A stretch of 64,000 nt of DNA from Janthinobacterium sp. (lineage in GTDB: Bacteria > Pseudomonadota > Gammaproteobacteria > Burkholderiales > Burkholderiaceae_D): NCBI RefSeq assembly GCF_031995485.1, contig NZ_DAMAGB010000003.1, forward strand, positions 133,252 to 197,251, given 5' to 3'. Of the stretch, positions 10,012-19,897 are shown piece by piece; the stretch's first letter is position 1, and every line of letters starts with the position of its first letter. Position numbers and translations under genes: made by a program. A model generated the notes under the pieces. That model was not told where the DNA came from and searched no databases. It worked only from the letters and a program-made list of their open reading frames with translations.

Positions 10012-11219
10012 GTGGCGCGCTGCATCAGGACCTCGACTGCTGGCAACGTTTTGCCTTCCAAGAATTCCAGGAAGGCGCCGCCGCCGGTCGAGATATAGCT
10101 GATTTTATCGGTAATGTCGTATTTTGCAATCGCCGCCAGGGTGTCGCCGCCACCGGCGATCGAGAACGCTTTCGACTCGGCAATGGCCAGCGCCAGCGTC
10201 TTGGTGCCATGGCCGAACTGGTCGAATTCGAATACGCCGACCGGGCCGTTCCAGACGATGGTGCCGGCCGCAGCGATCTGATCGGCCAGCAGGGCCGCCG
10301 TTTTCGGGCCGATATCGAGGATCATGTCGTCGTCCGCCACGTCGGCCACGTCCTTGACGGTGGCCGTTGCGGTTGGCGAAAATTCCTTGGCGCACACCAC
10401 GTCGACCGGAATCGGCACCTGCGCGCCGCGCCGGGCCATGATGTCGATGATGGCTTTCGCTTCATCGACCAGTTCCGCTTCCACCAGCGACTTGCCGACG
10501 TTCAGGCCAACGGCCTTCATGAAGGTGTTGGCGATGCCGCCGCCGACGATCAGGTTATCGACCTTGTCGGACAGGGCCTTGAGGATGGTCAGCTTGCTCG
10601 ACACTTTCGAGCCGGCCACGATGGCCAGCAGCGGCCTGGCCGGCGCGTGCAGCGCCTTGCCCAGTGCGTCCAGTTCGGCGGCCAGCAGCGGGCCGGCGCA
10701 GGCGATCGGAGCGAACTTGGCGATGCCGTGCGTCGAGGCTTCGGCGCGGTGCGCGGTGCCAAACGCGTCGTTCACGTAGATATCGCACAGCTTGGCCATT
10801 TTTTGCGCCAGCTCATCGCTGTTTTTCTTTTCGCCCTTGTTGACGCGCACGTTTTCCAGCAGCACTACCTGGCCGGCTGCCAGGGACTCCAGGCCGGCGC
10901 CATCGATCCAGTCCTGTTTCAATGCCACTTCCTGGCCCAGCAGTTCGGACAGGCGGGCCGCGACGGGCGCCAGGCTGTCGGCCGGCTTGAATTCGCCTTC
11001 GGTCGGACGGCCCAGGTGCGAGGTCACCATCACGGCAGCGCCAGCGTCGAGCGCGGCGCGGATCGCCGGCACCGAGGCGCGGATGCGGGTGTCTTCGGTA
11101 ATCTTGCCACTGTCATCCTGCGGAACGTTCAGGTCGGCGCGGATGAACACGCGCTTGCCTTGCAGGGCGTTTTGGTCGATCAAATCTTGCAGACGGATGA
11201 AGTTGAGAACAGCTGACAT
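9999..11219 (-). CDS. pgk: phosphoglycerate kinase
   Basis: RADLNVP, FGTAHRA and GGGDT motifs. Start set to MSAVLNF (11219). The upstream 130 aa of the track ORF are shadow over azlD. Confidence 0.95.
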   Translation of the reverse strand: MSAVLNFIRLQDLIDQNALQGKRVFIRADLNVPQDDSGKITEDTRIRASVPAIRAALDAGAAVMVTSHLGRPTEGEFKPADSLAPVAARLSELLGQEVALKQDWIDGAGLESLAAGQVVLLENVRVNKGEKKNSDELAQKMAKLCDIYVNDAFGTAHRAEASTHGIAKFAPIACAGPLLAAELDALGKALHAPARPLLAIVAGSKVSSKLTILKALSDKVDNLIVGGGIANTFMKAVGLNVGKSLVEAELVDEAKAIIDIMARRGAQVPIPVDVVCAKEFSPTATATVKDVADVADDDMILDIGPKTAALLADQIAAAGTIVWNGPVGVFEFDQFGHGTKTLALAIAESKAFSIAGGGDTLAAIAKYDITDKISYISTGGGAFLEFLEGKTLPAVEVLMQRATTPD

Positions 11220-11296
11220 GGCGATCCAGATGACGAGTGGAAGGAAGTGCGCTATTTTACCGCAAGCACCAGCGCAATTCGCCGATTTGTCCCGCT

Positions 11297-11647
11297 TTAC
11301 TGAAAAACATGCAACAAACGCAATCCCGTGAAAACCAGCATGCCAAACACGATGGTTTGCAGCATATTGCGGCGTAACAGATAAAAAATCGTGGCGGCGA
11401 TGCCGGACAACAATTTCAAATTGAGCGGGTCGAACTGCATCTGCGCGCTGTCCATCAGCAGGTCGGGCGCGATAATCGCCGCCAGCGCACAGGCCGGCGC
11501 AAAGCGCAGCATCTCGTTGACACGCTTCGGGATCGTGATGTGATGCCCCACCAGCCAGAAAGTGCTGCGGGTGGCGGCCGTGGCCAGTACCAGCACCACG
11601 ATGGTGGCCCACACGTCAAAGGTATTCATGTCGATGGCATCAGGCAT
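11297..11647 (-). CDS. azlD: AzlD family branched-chain amino acid transport protein
   Basis: 116-aa, 4-helix hydrophobic protein overlapping the azlC stop by 8 nt. Confidence 0.8.
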   Translation of the reverse strand: MPDAIDMNTFDVWATIVVLVLATAATRSTFWLVGHHITIPKRVNEMLRFAPACALAAIIAPDLLMDSAQMQFDPLNLKLLSGIAATIFYLLRRNMLQTIVFGMLVFTGLRLLHVFQ

Positions 11648-12353
11648 GTTTTTTCGTCCATTTTTCCGTCAGTTCTTCCACCGCCATGGCCGTGACCATG
11701 CCGGCCAGCACCGCCACCAGCAGGCCCAGTTTATACGGCAGGCGGAAGGCGGCCACCGCCACCGCGCCCGACACCAGCACGCCGCACAGGGCCGCGCGGC
11801 CCAGCACCAGCGGCACCGTCACGCAGATGATGGCCAGGGTACCGGCAAAGCCCAGGCCCCATTCGGCGGGAATCGCGGCGCCCAGGAAAATGCCGGCCAG
11901 CGAGCCCACCTGCCAGGCGGTCCAGTTCGGATAGATCAGGCCCTTCAGGAACGGCACCTTGCCCGGATCGGGCGTTTCCAGCGGGTAGCGCTGCAGGAAC
12001 AGGCCGACCGCGATATCGCCGGAAATATAGCCGAGCGCAAAGCGCTGGCGCCATGGCAGGTGGGCAAAATGCGGCGCCAGCAGCGCGGAAAAGATCACGA
12101 AGCGCAGGTTGACCACCAGCGCGGTGGCAAAGATCACCCAGATCGGCGCATGCGCGGCCAGCAGCGGCAAGGAGGCCAGCTGGGCCGAGCCGGCAAACAC
12201 CAGCAGAGTCATCACGCTCGCTTCCATGACGCTCAGGCCGCTTTTGACCATGGCGATGCCGACCACCATGCCCCAGGCCGCAATCCCGACCAGGGTCGGC
12301 GCGCCCAGCAGCAGGCCTTCGCGGAACGACTGGCGTTGCAAGGAGGTGCTCAA
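11640..12353 (-). CDS. azlC: AzlC family branched-chain amino acid exporter permease
   Basis: FREGLLLGAPTLVG and VFAGSAQLA motifs. TTG start preceded by SD GGAGGT. Confidence 0.85.
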   Translation of the reverse strand: MSTSLQRQSFREGLLLGAPTLVGIAAWGMVVGIAMVKSGLSVMEASVMTLLVFAGSAQLASLPLLAAHAPIWVIFATALVVNLRFVIFSALLAPHFAHLPWRQRFALGYISGDIAVGLFLQRYPLETPDPGKVPFLKGLIYPNWTAWQVGSLAGIFLGAAIPAEWGLGFAGTLAIICVTVPLVLGRAALCGVLVSGAVAVAAFRLPYKLGLLVAVLAGMVTAMAVEELTEKWTKKHA

Positions 12354-12477
12354 AGGGCACCTCCGGCGGGAAAGTGTAGTATTTGCACAACGATGGTGCA
12401 GGCCAAAGGCATCGTGCGCGGCGATGAAAAGACGGTATCAGGGTTCATGGTGGCGGCCCGCGCGCCCGCTTTTCGTC

Positions 12478-12513
12478 TGAAAACGGCGGCTTGCCCTAGC
12501 GGATCAAGCCGCC
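12478..12513 (-). terminator. terminator-like hairpin inside the azlCD leader (candidate attenuator)
   Basis: Minus strand GGCGGCTTG(11-nt loop)CAAGCCGCC followed by GTTTTCAG, about 125 nt upstream of the azlC start. No upstream minus-strand gene for it to terminate. Confidence 0.4.
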
Positions 12514-12612
12514 ATTCTACGGATGAATTTTACTGGCTGCGCGAATCCGTTAAAATCGTGGTTTTCGCAGACGCCTTACCCATATAACTTTAGCCTCACG
12601 GAGCATGACAAG

Positions 12613-12807
12613 ATGACAAACACCACCCAGCCAGCGGTCGAACTCGACGGTAAAGACCTGCCAGCCCACTGCCCTAACCCGGCCATGCCGCTGTGGTCGT
12701 CGCATCCGCGCGTGTTCCTGGAGTTTAACAACCACGGCGTGGCCAAGTGCCCGTACTGCGGCACGGCCTACACTCTCAAGGCAGGCGCCAGCGCCGGCCA
12801 TCACTAA
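12613..12807 (+). CDS. zinc-finger (CHCC-type, NDUFS6-like) domain protein
   Basis: HCPNP...HPRVFLEF...KCPYCGTAY. SD GGAG upstream of ATG 12613. Confidence 0.75.
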   Translation: MTNTTQPAVELDGKDLPAHCPNPAMPLWSSHPRVFLEFNNHGVAKCPYCGTAYTLKAGASAGHH

Positions 12808-12837
12808 TCCGCCCAGCCGCCCAGACCGGAGTCGTCC

Positions 12838-13263
12838 ATGAAAAGTGTGAAGGAATTGAATGGCAGCGCCGCCGAAGTCGAAGCGGCTTTCTACGATGCC
12901 CTGAACCGCGCCGACCTCGAGGCGCTGATGGCGCTGTGGGCCGACGATGAAGAAATCGTCTGCATCCACCCCGGCGGCGCGCGCCTGATCGGCCATGCGG
13001 CCATCCGCGCTTCGTGGGAAACCATCCTGCAGGGCGGCGGCCTGCATATCCGCGCGACCCAGCTGCACGAAACCCATAACCTGATGAGTTCGGTCCACAC
13101 GGTGGTCGAAGGCACTACCGCCAGCGAAGGCACGCCGGCGCACTTGCTGGCCACCAATGTCTACGTCAAGACGCCGCGCGGCTGGCGCATCGTGCTGCAC
13201 CATGTCTCGGTCGCCCCCGGCGGCGCACCATCGGACACGGCCGGAGCGCAGATCCTGCACTAA
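12838..13263 (+). CDS. SnoaL-like / nuclear transport factor 2 family protein (DUF4440-like)
   Basis: AAFYDALNRADLEALMALWADDEEIVCIHPGG and RGWRIVLHH are typical of NTF2-fold proteins. Confidence 0.75.
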   Translation: MKSVKELNGSAAEVEAAFYDALNRADLEALMALWADDEEIVCIHPGGARLIGHAAIRASWETILQGGGLHIRATQLHETHNLMSSVHTVVEGTTASEGTPAHLLATNVYVKTPRGWRIVLHHVSVAPGGAPSDTAGAQILH

Positions 13264-13268
13264 CCCCC

Positions 13269-14270
13269 ATGAATTACAGCGCGCCACTCTGGTTGCCTGG
13301 CGGCCATCTGCAGACCATCGTGCCGGCCCTGTGGATCGCCAAGCCGGCCGTAGCTTTCCGGCGCGAGCGCTGGCAGGCGCCCGATGGCGACTTTGTCGAT
13401 GTCGACCTGGTTGACGGCCAGCCGGGCCAGCCTTTCGTGGTGCTGTTCCATGGCCTGGAAGGCTCGTCGAACAGCCATTACGCACGCGCCCTGATGGCGC
13501 AACTGGCGGCACGGGGCTGGTCCGGCGCCGTGCCGCATTTTCGCGGCTGCTCGGGCGAGGCGAATCTCGCGCCCCGCTTCTATCATTCGGGCGACGCCGA
13601 GGAAGTGGACTGGGTGCTGCGCCGCCTGCATGCGCGCGCCACCGGCAAATTTTATGCGGCCGGCGTCTCGCTGGGCGGCAACGCCCTGCTGTGCTGGCTG
13701 GGCCAGTTGCAGCACGCGGCGGACTTTGTCGATGCGGCTTGCGCCGTGTCGGCTCCGCTGGACCTGGCGCAAGGCGGCAAGGCGCTGTCCTCGGGCGCCA
13801 ATCGCCTGTACACGCGCATGTTTTTGCAAACATTGAAACCGAAATGCCTGGCCAAGCTGGACCAATTTCCCGGCCTGTTCGAGCGCGAGGCGATGCTGGC
13901 CGCGCGCGACCTGCATGCGTTCGACAATGCGGTCACCGCCCCGTTGCACGGCTACCGCGACGCCGACGATTACTGGCACCGCGCCAGCGCCAGGCATGTG
14001 TTGCATGACATCACCGTGCCGACCCTGGTGCTCAACGCCCTGAACGACCCGTTTTTGCCAGGGATACACCTGCCGCGCAGCGCCTCGCCCGCTGTCACGC
14101 TGGACTACCCGCGCCATGGCGGCCATGTCGGCTTTGCCAGCCACCACCTTGAATGGCTGCCCCGGCGCCTGCTGCACTTCTTCGAACACGGCAGCGCGGC
14201 GACACCGCCCGCGCAAAGCTGTCAGGATGACGCCATCGACCACCCCAAGGAAGCGGCGCTACATGGATGA
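13269..14270 (+). CDS. YheT-type alpha/beta hydrolase
   Basis: LFHGLEGSS, nucleophile elbow GVSLGGN, and a C-terminal GGHVGF region. Confidence 0.85.
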   Translation: MNYSAPLWLPGGHLQTIVPALWIAKPAVAFRRERWQAPDGDFVDVDLVDGQPGQPFVVLFHGLEGSSNSHYARALMAQLAARGWSGAVPHFRGCSGEANLAPRFYHSGDAEEVDWVLRRLHARATGKFYAAGVSLGGNALLCWLGQLQHAADFVDAACAVSAPLDLAQGGKALSSGANRLYTRMFLQTLKPKCLAKLDQFPGLFEREAMLAARDLHAFDNAVTAPLHGYRDADDYWHRASARHVLHDITVPTLVLNALNDPFLPGIHLPRSASPAVTLDYPRHGGHVGFASHHLEWLPRRLLHFFEHGSAATPPAQSCQDDAIDHPKEAALHG

Positions 14271-14853
14271 CCTCGTTAAACAGGCGATGGCCAAATGGCC
14301 GAACGTGCCCCACTGCTATGGCTGGCTGGCGCTGGACGCGCGCGGCAACTGGCGCATGCGCGACGAGCGCGCCCAGCATCTGGATCTGCCTGGCGACAAG
14401 CTGGCGCACGCCGCCCTGATCGGCTTTATCAACCGCAACTACGACCATGACGAGCGCGGCTGCTGGTTTTTCCAGAACGGCCCGCAGCGCGTCTACCTGA
14501 ACCTGGAAGCGACGCCGTTTATTGCCCGCAGCGATCCGCAGCACGGCTACCTGCTGCAGACGGGCGCGGCGCTGGAGATAATCGAGTCGGCATTTTTATG
14601 CGAGAACGGCGCATTGATCCTGCAGCAGGGCGAGATCGTGGCACAGGTCGACGACCGCGATATGGCGCAGGCAATGACGCAACTGCGCCTGGACGGCAAC
14701 GCCCTCGGCGACGAAGCCCTGCTGGCCTGGCTGGACAGTGGCGCCGGCGACCTGAGCTTGCAGCAAGGCGGCCTGGCGATCCCGGTGCAACGCCTGGCCT
14801 ACGCCGAGGTGCCGCGGCATTTCGGTTTCCAGAGAGTACCGCAGCCAGCCTGA
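14263..14853 (+). CDS. conserved hypothetical protein
   Basis: GC3-biased ORF. ATG 14263 has SD AAGGAAG and overlaps the upstream stop by 8 nt. Alternative ATG at 14227. Family not recognised with confidence. Confidence 0.65.
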   Translation: MDDLVKQAMAKWPNVPHCYGWLALDARGNWRMRDERAQHLDLPGDKLAHAALIGFINRNYDHDERGCWFFQNGPQRVYLNLEATPFIARSDPQHGYLLQTGAALEIIESAFLCENGALILQQGEIVAQVDDRDMAQAMTQLRLDGNALGDEALLAWLDSGAGDLSLQQGGLAIPVQRLAYAEVPRHFGFQRVPQPA

Positions 14854-16500
14854 CTACGATTTCTCCGCCTTGAGCTGCTCGCGGCGTTTTTCCTGCAGCT
14901 CGCGTTCGCGCGCATCGATTACGGCGTGATCGTAAAAGGTGGCGTCGGTCGACTTGCGCGCAATCGTCAGCTGGTCCAGCGCGGCCATGGTGGCGCCCTG
15001 CAGCACATACGATTCGGCCAGCGCGATATGCTGCAAGGTCATCTTGCCCTGCGATGAATAGGCCTTGGCCAGCAGGTCGTACAGCTCCGGCTCTTCCTTG
15101 TACAGCTGCACCTGGTCGCGCAGATAGACGGCGGCCTGGTCCAGCTTCTTGTCGGCAATCAGCGCTTCCGCATACTGATAGGCGATGCCGCGCGACAGCG
15201 GAAACTGGTGGCGCGCCGCCTCGGCCGCCTTCACGGCCTGCGGCGCCACTTCCGGTTTTTGCTCCGGCATTAGCAGCACTTCCAGCGCCATCGCCGCCAG
15301 CAGCGAGTTGGGCGCTTGCGTGCCGCTTGACGTCAACACGTTCGGGCCGGCCGGCTTGTGCAGGGCCGTGTTGGCCGCATCGAGTTCGGCCTGCGCCTCG
15401 GCAGTCTTGCCCTGCTTGATGGCGACAAACGCCAGCCCATAGTGGGCGGCCGTCACCTGGAAACGGCTTTGCTGTTCCAGCTGGGTCTTGAAGGTCGCCT
15501 TCGCGTTCAGCAAGCCCTGCATGCTTTCATCCTGCAGCACGCGGGCGCGGGCGCGCGCCAGGTGGAAGTTCAGGCTGTCCGGCCGCTGTTTATAGGGCTG
15601 CTCGCGGATGCGCGCCTGGATGTCGGCGATGCGGTCGGTGGTCAAGGGGTGGGTCTGCAGATAGGCCGGCATCAGATCGCTGTACGAGCGGCTGGCAGCC
15701 TGCATGCGGCCAAAGAAATTGACCATGCCGGTGGTGTCGAATCCGGCTTCGCCCATGATCTGGAAACCGATGCGGTCCGCTTCGCGCTCGGCGTCGCGGC
15801 CAAAATTGAGCTGGCGCTGGATCGCCAGGCCCTGGCCGGCGGCAAACACGCCCATCGCCACGTCACCGCCCGCGCGCGACGCCAGCGCCGCCAGCAGGAT
15901 CGCGGCCAGCGGCATCAGCGCGTCCTGGCGCTGCTGGCCCAGCATGCGCGCGATATGGCGCTGCGCCACATGGCCGATCTCGTGCGACAGCACGGACGCC
16001 AGCTCGGCCTCCGTCTGCGCTGCCAGCAGCAGCGCCGAATGCACGCCGATAAAGCCGCCCGGCAAGGCAAACGCGTTCAGCTGCGGATCGCGCACGGCAA
16101 AGAAGAAATAATCGTAGCTGGTTTCGCCGCGCACGCTGGGCCGCGCCGCCACCAGCGCATTGCCGAAGGTGTTCAGGTATTCCAGCAGCGGCGCATCGTC
16201 GAGATAATCGCGGTCGCCGCGGATGCTGCGGATGATCTCCTCGCCGATCTTGCGCTCCATCGCTGGCGACAGGTCTTCGCGCGACGTGTCGCCCAGGTTG
16301 GGCAGATTCGGCACCGGCGCCACCGGCAGCGGCGTCCACTTGCTCTCGGGCTTGGCCGGCGGCGTGGCGGCGGCGCCAAACACGCCAGGCTTCGGCTCTT
16401 GCGCCAGCGTCCATGGAACGGCCAGCAGCAGCGCGGCCAGCACACTGGCCCGTAACGGAATCATGGGGGAAAGAAGTTTGGATTTCACGGCTGCTATCAT
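14854..16500 (-). CDS. M48 family metalloprotease with C-terminal TPR repeats (BepA/YfgC-like)
   Basis: HEIGHVAQRH zinc motif, signal peptide, TPR-like C-terminal half. Start ambiguous (16500 or 16464). Confidence 0.85.
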   Translation of the reverse strand: MIAAVKSKLLSPMIPLRASVLAALLLAVPWTLAQEPKPGVFGAAATPPAKPESKWTPLPVAPVPNLPNLGDTSREDLSPAMERKIGEEIIRSIRGDRDYLDDAPLLEYLNTFGNALVAARPSVRGETSYDYFFFAVRDPQLNAFALPGGFIGVHSALLLAAQTEAELASVLSHEIGHVAQRHIARMLGQQRQDALMPLAAILLAALASRAGGDVAMGVFAAGQGLAIQRQLNFGRDAEREADRIGFQIMGEAGFDTTGMVNFFGRMQAASRSYSDLMPAYLQTHPLTTDRIADIQARIREQPYKQRPDSLNFHLARARARVLQDESMQGLLNAKATFKTQLEQQSRFQVTAAHYGLAFVAIKQGKTAEAQAELDAANTALHKPAGPNVLTSSGTQAPNSLLAAMALEVLLMPEQKPEVAPQAVKAAEAARHQFPLSRGIAYQYAEALIADKKLDQAAVYLRDQVQLYKEEPELYDLLAKAYSSQGKMTLQHIALAESYVLQGATMAALDQLTIARKSTDATFYDHAVIDARERELQEKRREQLKAEKS

Positions 16501-16583
16501 AACCTGTAAGCGGCGCCGTTTTCCACGCGCCTGGCGCACTCTATAATGGAGCCAAGAATAACGCCAGAAATCGACCCGACACC

Positions 16584-17090
16584 ATGAGCACACCAGAGCA
16601 GGACACCCTCGCCGCAGGACTCACCCACTTCGACGCCACCGGCCAGGCCCATATGGTCGATGTGGGAAACAAGGAGGACACGCGCCGCAGCGCCGTGGCG
16701 GCCGGCACCATCCGCATGCAGCCGGCCACGTTGGCGATTATTATCCAAGGCAATGCCAAAAAGGGCGACGTGCTGGGCATCGCCCGCATCGCCGCCATCA
16801 TGGGCGCCAAACGCACCAGCGACCTGATCCCCCTGTGCCACCCGTTGGCCATCACGCGCGTGACGGTCGACTTCGAGGTCGACGAAGCGGCCAGCAGCGT
16901 CCACTGCCGCGCGCAGGTCGATACCACCGGCAAGACCGGCGTGGAAATGGAAGCGCTGACCTCGGTGCAGATCGGTTTGCTGACCATCTACGACATGTGC
17001 AAGGCGGTCGACCGCGGCATGGTGATGACCAATGTACGGGTGCTGGAAAAGCATGGCGGGAAGTCAGGCGACTGGACCGCTGCGCTGTAA
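16584..17090 (+). CDS. moaC: cyclic pyranopterin monophosphate synthase
   Basis: [20 protein letters not shown] and GVEMEALT motifs. Confidence 0.95.
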   Translation: MSTPEQDTLAAGLTHFDATGQAHMVDVGNKEDTRRSAVAAGTIRMQPATLAIIIQGNAKKGDVLGIARIAAIMGAKRTSDLIPLCHPLAITRVTVDFEVDEAASSVHCRAQVDTTGKTGVEMEALTSVQIGLLTIYDMCKAVDRGMVMTNVRVLEKHGGKSGDWTAAL

Positions 17091-17450
17091 TGGCAAACGG
17101 GCGCCGCGCAGGTCATTGAGCAGCCACGCACCACACCCCAGGCACAGCACGATAATCGCCATCGACAGCGGCAAATGAAACTGTTCCATCCCCGCCAGCG
17201 CAAAGCCGGCGTGGATCAGGAAGGTAGCCACGCCCAGCGCGCCGCAGATGCCGGCGTACAGGCGCGCACGCGGCAAGGCCAGCAGGACCTGCCGGTAGCC
17301 GGCCAGCACCACCGCGATCGCCATCAGGTTAAACACCAGGAAGCCCTGCACGCCGCCGGGCAGGTAGAACATTTCCCATTCGCGCCAGTAGGCGGCGTCG
17401 ATCTGGTGCAGGATCAGGCATAACATGGTCCAGAAGTAGCTGCGCGCCAT
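17064..17450 (-). CDS. small integral membrane protein (about four helices)
   Basis: 128 aa from [21 protein letters not shown] motif followed by hydrophobic helices. The rest of the 439-aa track ORF is shadow over the PilZ gene. Confidence 0.6.
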   Translation of the reverse strand: MARSYFWTMLCLILHQIDAAYWREWEMFYLPGGVQGFLVFNLMAIAVVLAGYRQVLLALPRARLYAGICGALGVATFLIHAGFALAGMEQFHLPLSMAIIVLCLGCGAWLLNDLRGARLPLQRSGPVA

Positions 17451-17585
17451 GGTGTCTTTCAGGATGAACAAGGTTGGCTGGATTGTAAAACAGATGGGCC
17501 GTCCATCGGCATTTTTTGATCCACATGCTTTTTCGACCAGAGTCATGCATACTGCGTTTTGGCCATCCCCTGAGAAAGAACGCGC

Positions 17586-18308
17586 ATGACAGGCAAGGAA
17601 ACACCTATGGAAACCAAGCTCGAACAGTTCGAATTCGACGCGATGAATCTGCAGGTGGGTGGGCGCATCCAGTTCATCACGCATCGCACCATCAAGCCGG
17701 TGCGGCATTTTTCCACCTTGATCGGCTATATCCGCGACGAGTACCTGATCGTCAAGACGCCACAGGAAAACGGCAAGCCGGTCGGGCTCGACGAGGGCGA
17801 CAAGCTGACCATCCGCGTGTTTTCCGGCGTCAGCGTGTGTTCGTTTGCATGCAGCGTGCTGCGCGTGTTCGGTCGCCCCTTGCACTATGTGCACCTGAGT
17901 TTCCCCGACGCCATCTCCGGCACCAGCCTGCGCGGGGCGATGCGGGTCAAGGTGGAGCTGCTGGCGCAACTGATGTGCCGCGACCAGCCCGAAGTGCCCG
18001 TGTGTATCGTCAACCTCAGCGTCACGGGTGCGCTGATCGAGTCGCCCGGCGTGCTCACGCCCGACGACAGCGGCGTCACCCTGGTGTTTACCCTGCTGGC
18101 GCCGCCGCACCAGCAGCCGCTGCGCATTGCCACGCGGGCGCGCATCCAGAATGTCAGCACGGGCAAATCCACTTCCGCCATCGTTGGCGGCGAAGACGAT
18201 GTCTACACCTATGGCCTGCAGTTCATCGACCTGGAATCGGCGCACTATACGCTGCTGCAGAACCTGATCTATGAAGCCCTGATTTCCGACCGCCAGAAAA
18301 TCGTCTAG
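17586..18308 (+). CDS. YcgR-like PilZ domain protein (PilZN + PilZ, predicted c-di-GMP receptor)
   Basis: RGAMR (RxxxR) followed 21 residues later by NLSVTG (N-x-S-x-x-G). Alternative start ATG 17607 has a better SD (AAGGAAA). Confidence 0.8.
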   Translation: MTGKETPMETKLEQFEFDAMNLQVGGRIQFITHRTIKPVRHFSTLIGYIRDEYLIVKTPQENGKPVGLDEGDKLTIRVFSGVSVCSFACSVLRVFGRPLHYVHLSFPDAISGTSLRGAMRVKVELLAQLMCRDQPEVPVCIVNLSVTGALIESPGVLTPDDSGVTLVFTLLAPPHQQPLRIATRARIQNVSTGKSTSAIVGGEDDVYTYGLQFIDLESAHYTLLQNLIYEALISDRQKIV

Positions 18309-18321
18309 CGCCACGCACCTG

Positions 18322-18786
18322 TCACAAAGACGCCGCCGCCTGCGGAATATTACTGCGCAGAATCGCTTCGCGCGCCGCCACATTGGTAATGGTGGTCGAG
18401 TTGAACCAGGTCAGGCTGCTGCTGCCGGTGCGCAAGGCCATGGTGATGGTCTGCCCACCGAGACCGGTGCCCAGGTCATTGGCCAGGGTCAGCGTGATAT
18501 CGCCATTGGCGACGGTGGCGCCGGCCACTTCGCGCGTGGCGCTAAAGGCGGGAATGGTGCTCGGCGCCGCTTCGCTGGAGGTGCTGCAGGCGGCCGCTTC
18601 GCCGCCGTTTTCCTGCACGCACAAGGCCACCGCCGTTTTCAGCGGGGCGGCGGCAGCCAGCACATTGCTGATCCTGGCCCGCATCGTGTAATCGCTGTAT
18701 TGCGGAATCGCCACGGCCGCCAGGATGCCGGCGATGGCCACCACGATCATCAGTTCTATCAGGGTAAATCCGGACTGCGTGCGCAT
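18322..18786 (-). CDS. type IVa pilin (PilA/PilE-like major pilin)
   Basis: Prepilin leader MRTQSG|[24 protein letters not shown] with Glu5. Perfect SD AGGAGG upstream of ATG 18786. Confidence 0.9.
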   Translation of the reverse strand: MRTQSGFTLIELMIVVAIAGILAAVAIPQYSDYTMRARISNVLAAAAPLKTAVALCVQENGGEAAACSTSSEAAPSTIPAFSATREVAGATVANGDITLTLANDLGTGLGGQTITMALRTGSSSLTWFNSTTITNVAAREAILRSNIPQAAASL

Positions 18787-18953
18787 GGTTTCCTCCTGTT
18801 GTGCGACATGATCACGACGACAGGGGTGCAAACGCCATGCCAGAACGGCGCACGGGCAGCGGCAGGCAGCAAGGCAACAAACGCGACGCATTGTGTCCGC
18901 TTGCGACCACGGCGGTCGCTGCGCGACAAGAATGGACGTGGCCGCCAGACAAT

Positions 18954-18980
18954 AAAAAAAGGAGCCGAAGCTCCTTTTTT
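18954..18980. terminator. bidirectional intrinsic terminator between sucD and the pilin gene
   Basis: AAAAAAA-GGAGC-CGAA-GCTCC-TTTTTT. Confidence 0.85.
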
Positions 18981-19002
18981 GTACTGCATCAAGCGCGCTG
19001 TA

Positions 19003-19884
19003 TTACAGCATGGCTTTCAGCAGACGCGCCATTTCCGACGGGTTTTTGGTGACGGTGATGCCGCACGCTTCCATGATTTCCAGCTTGGCTTGTGCCGTGT
19101 CGGCGCCGCCCGAGATCAGCGCGCCGGCGTGGCCCATGCGCTTGCCTGGAGGAGCGGTGACGCCAGCGATAAAGCCGACCACCGGTTTTTTCATGTTGTC
19201 CTTGATCCAATAAGCAGCATTGGCTTCGTCAGGACCGCCGATTTCGCCGATCATGATGACTGCGTCGGTATCCGGATCATCATTGAACATCTTCATGATG
19301 TCGATGTGTTTCAGACCGTTGATCGGGTCGCCGCCGATGCCGACTGCCGACGATTGGCCCAGGCCCAGTGCGGTCAGCTGACCGACTGCTTCATAGGTCA
19401 GGGTACCCGAACGCGAGACCACGCCGATGCGGCCTTTTTTATGGATGTGGCCTGGCATGATGCCGATCTTGATTTCGTCTGGCGTGATCAGGCCTGGGCA
19501 GTTAGGGCCCAGCAGCAGGGTTTTGCTGCCCGACTTGGCCATGCGGTCTTTCAGCGCCATCATGTCGCGCACTGGAATGCCTTCGGTGATGCAAATGGCC
19601 AGATCCATTTCAGCTTCGACAGCTTCCCAGATCGCCGCTGCCGCGCCTGCTGGCGGAACGTAGATCACGGACACATTGGCGCCGGTTTCTTTTTTCGCTT
19701 CGGTAACGTTAGCGAAAATAGGAATGCCTTCGAAGTCTTCGCCGGCTTTCTTTGGGTTCACGCCTGCCACGAAGGCAGCTTTGCCGTTCGCGTAGTCGCG
19801 GCAACCGCGGGTGTGGAACTGGCCGGTCTTGCCGGTGATCCCTTGGGTAACGACTTTGGTATCTTTATTGATCAGAATGGACAT
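19003..19884 (-). CDS. sucD: succinate--CoA ligase subunit alpha
   Basis: [19 protein letters not shown] and MGHAGA motifs. Confidence 0.97.
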   Translation of the reverse strand: MSILINKDTKVVTQGITGKTGQFHTRGCRDYANGKAAFVAGVNPKKAGEDFEGIPIFANVTEAKKETGANVSVIYVPPAGAAAAIWEAVEAEMDLAICITEGIPVRDMMALKDRMAKSGSKTLLLGPNCPGLITPDEIKIGIMPGHIHKKGRIGVVSRSGTLTYEAVGQLTALGLGQSSAVGIGGDPINGLKHIDIMKMFNDDPDTDAVIMIGEIGGPDEANAAYWIKDNMKKPVVGFIAGVTAPPGKRMGHAGALISGGADTAQAKLEIMEACGITVTKNPSEMARLLKAML

Positions 19885-19897
19885 GTTGATTCCTTAA

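Noticed and set aside
12550-13833. 427-aa minus-strand ORF across the zinc-finger, NTF2 and hydrolase genes
   Set aside because: It has extreme Arg/Pro/Ala/Gly composition and is antisense to three + strand genes with recognisable motifs. It is a shadow ORF.
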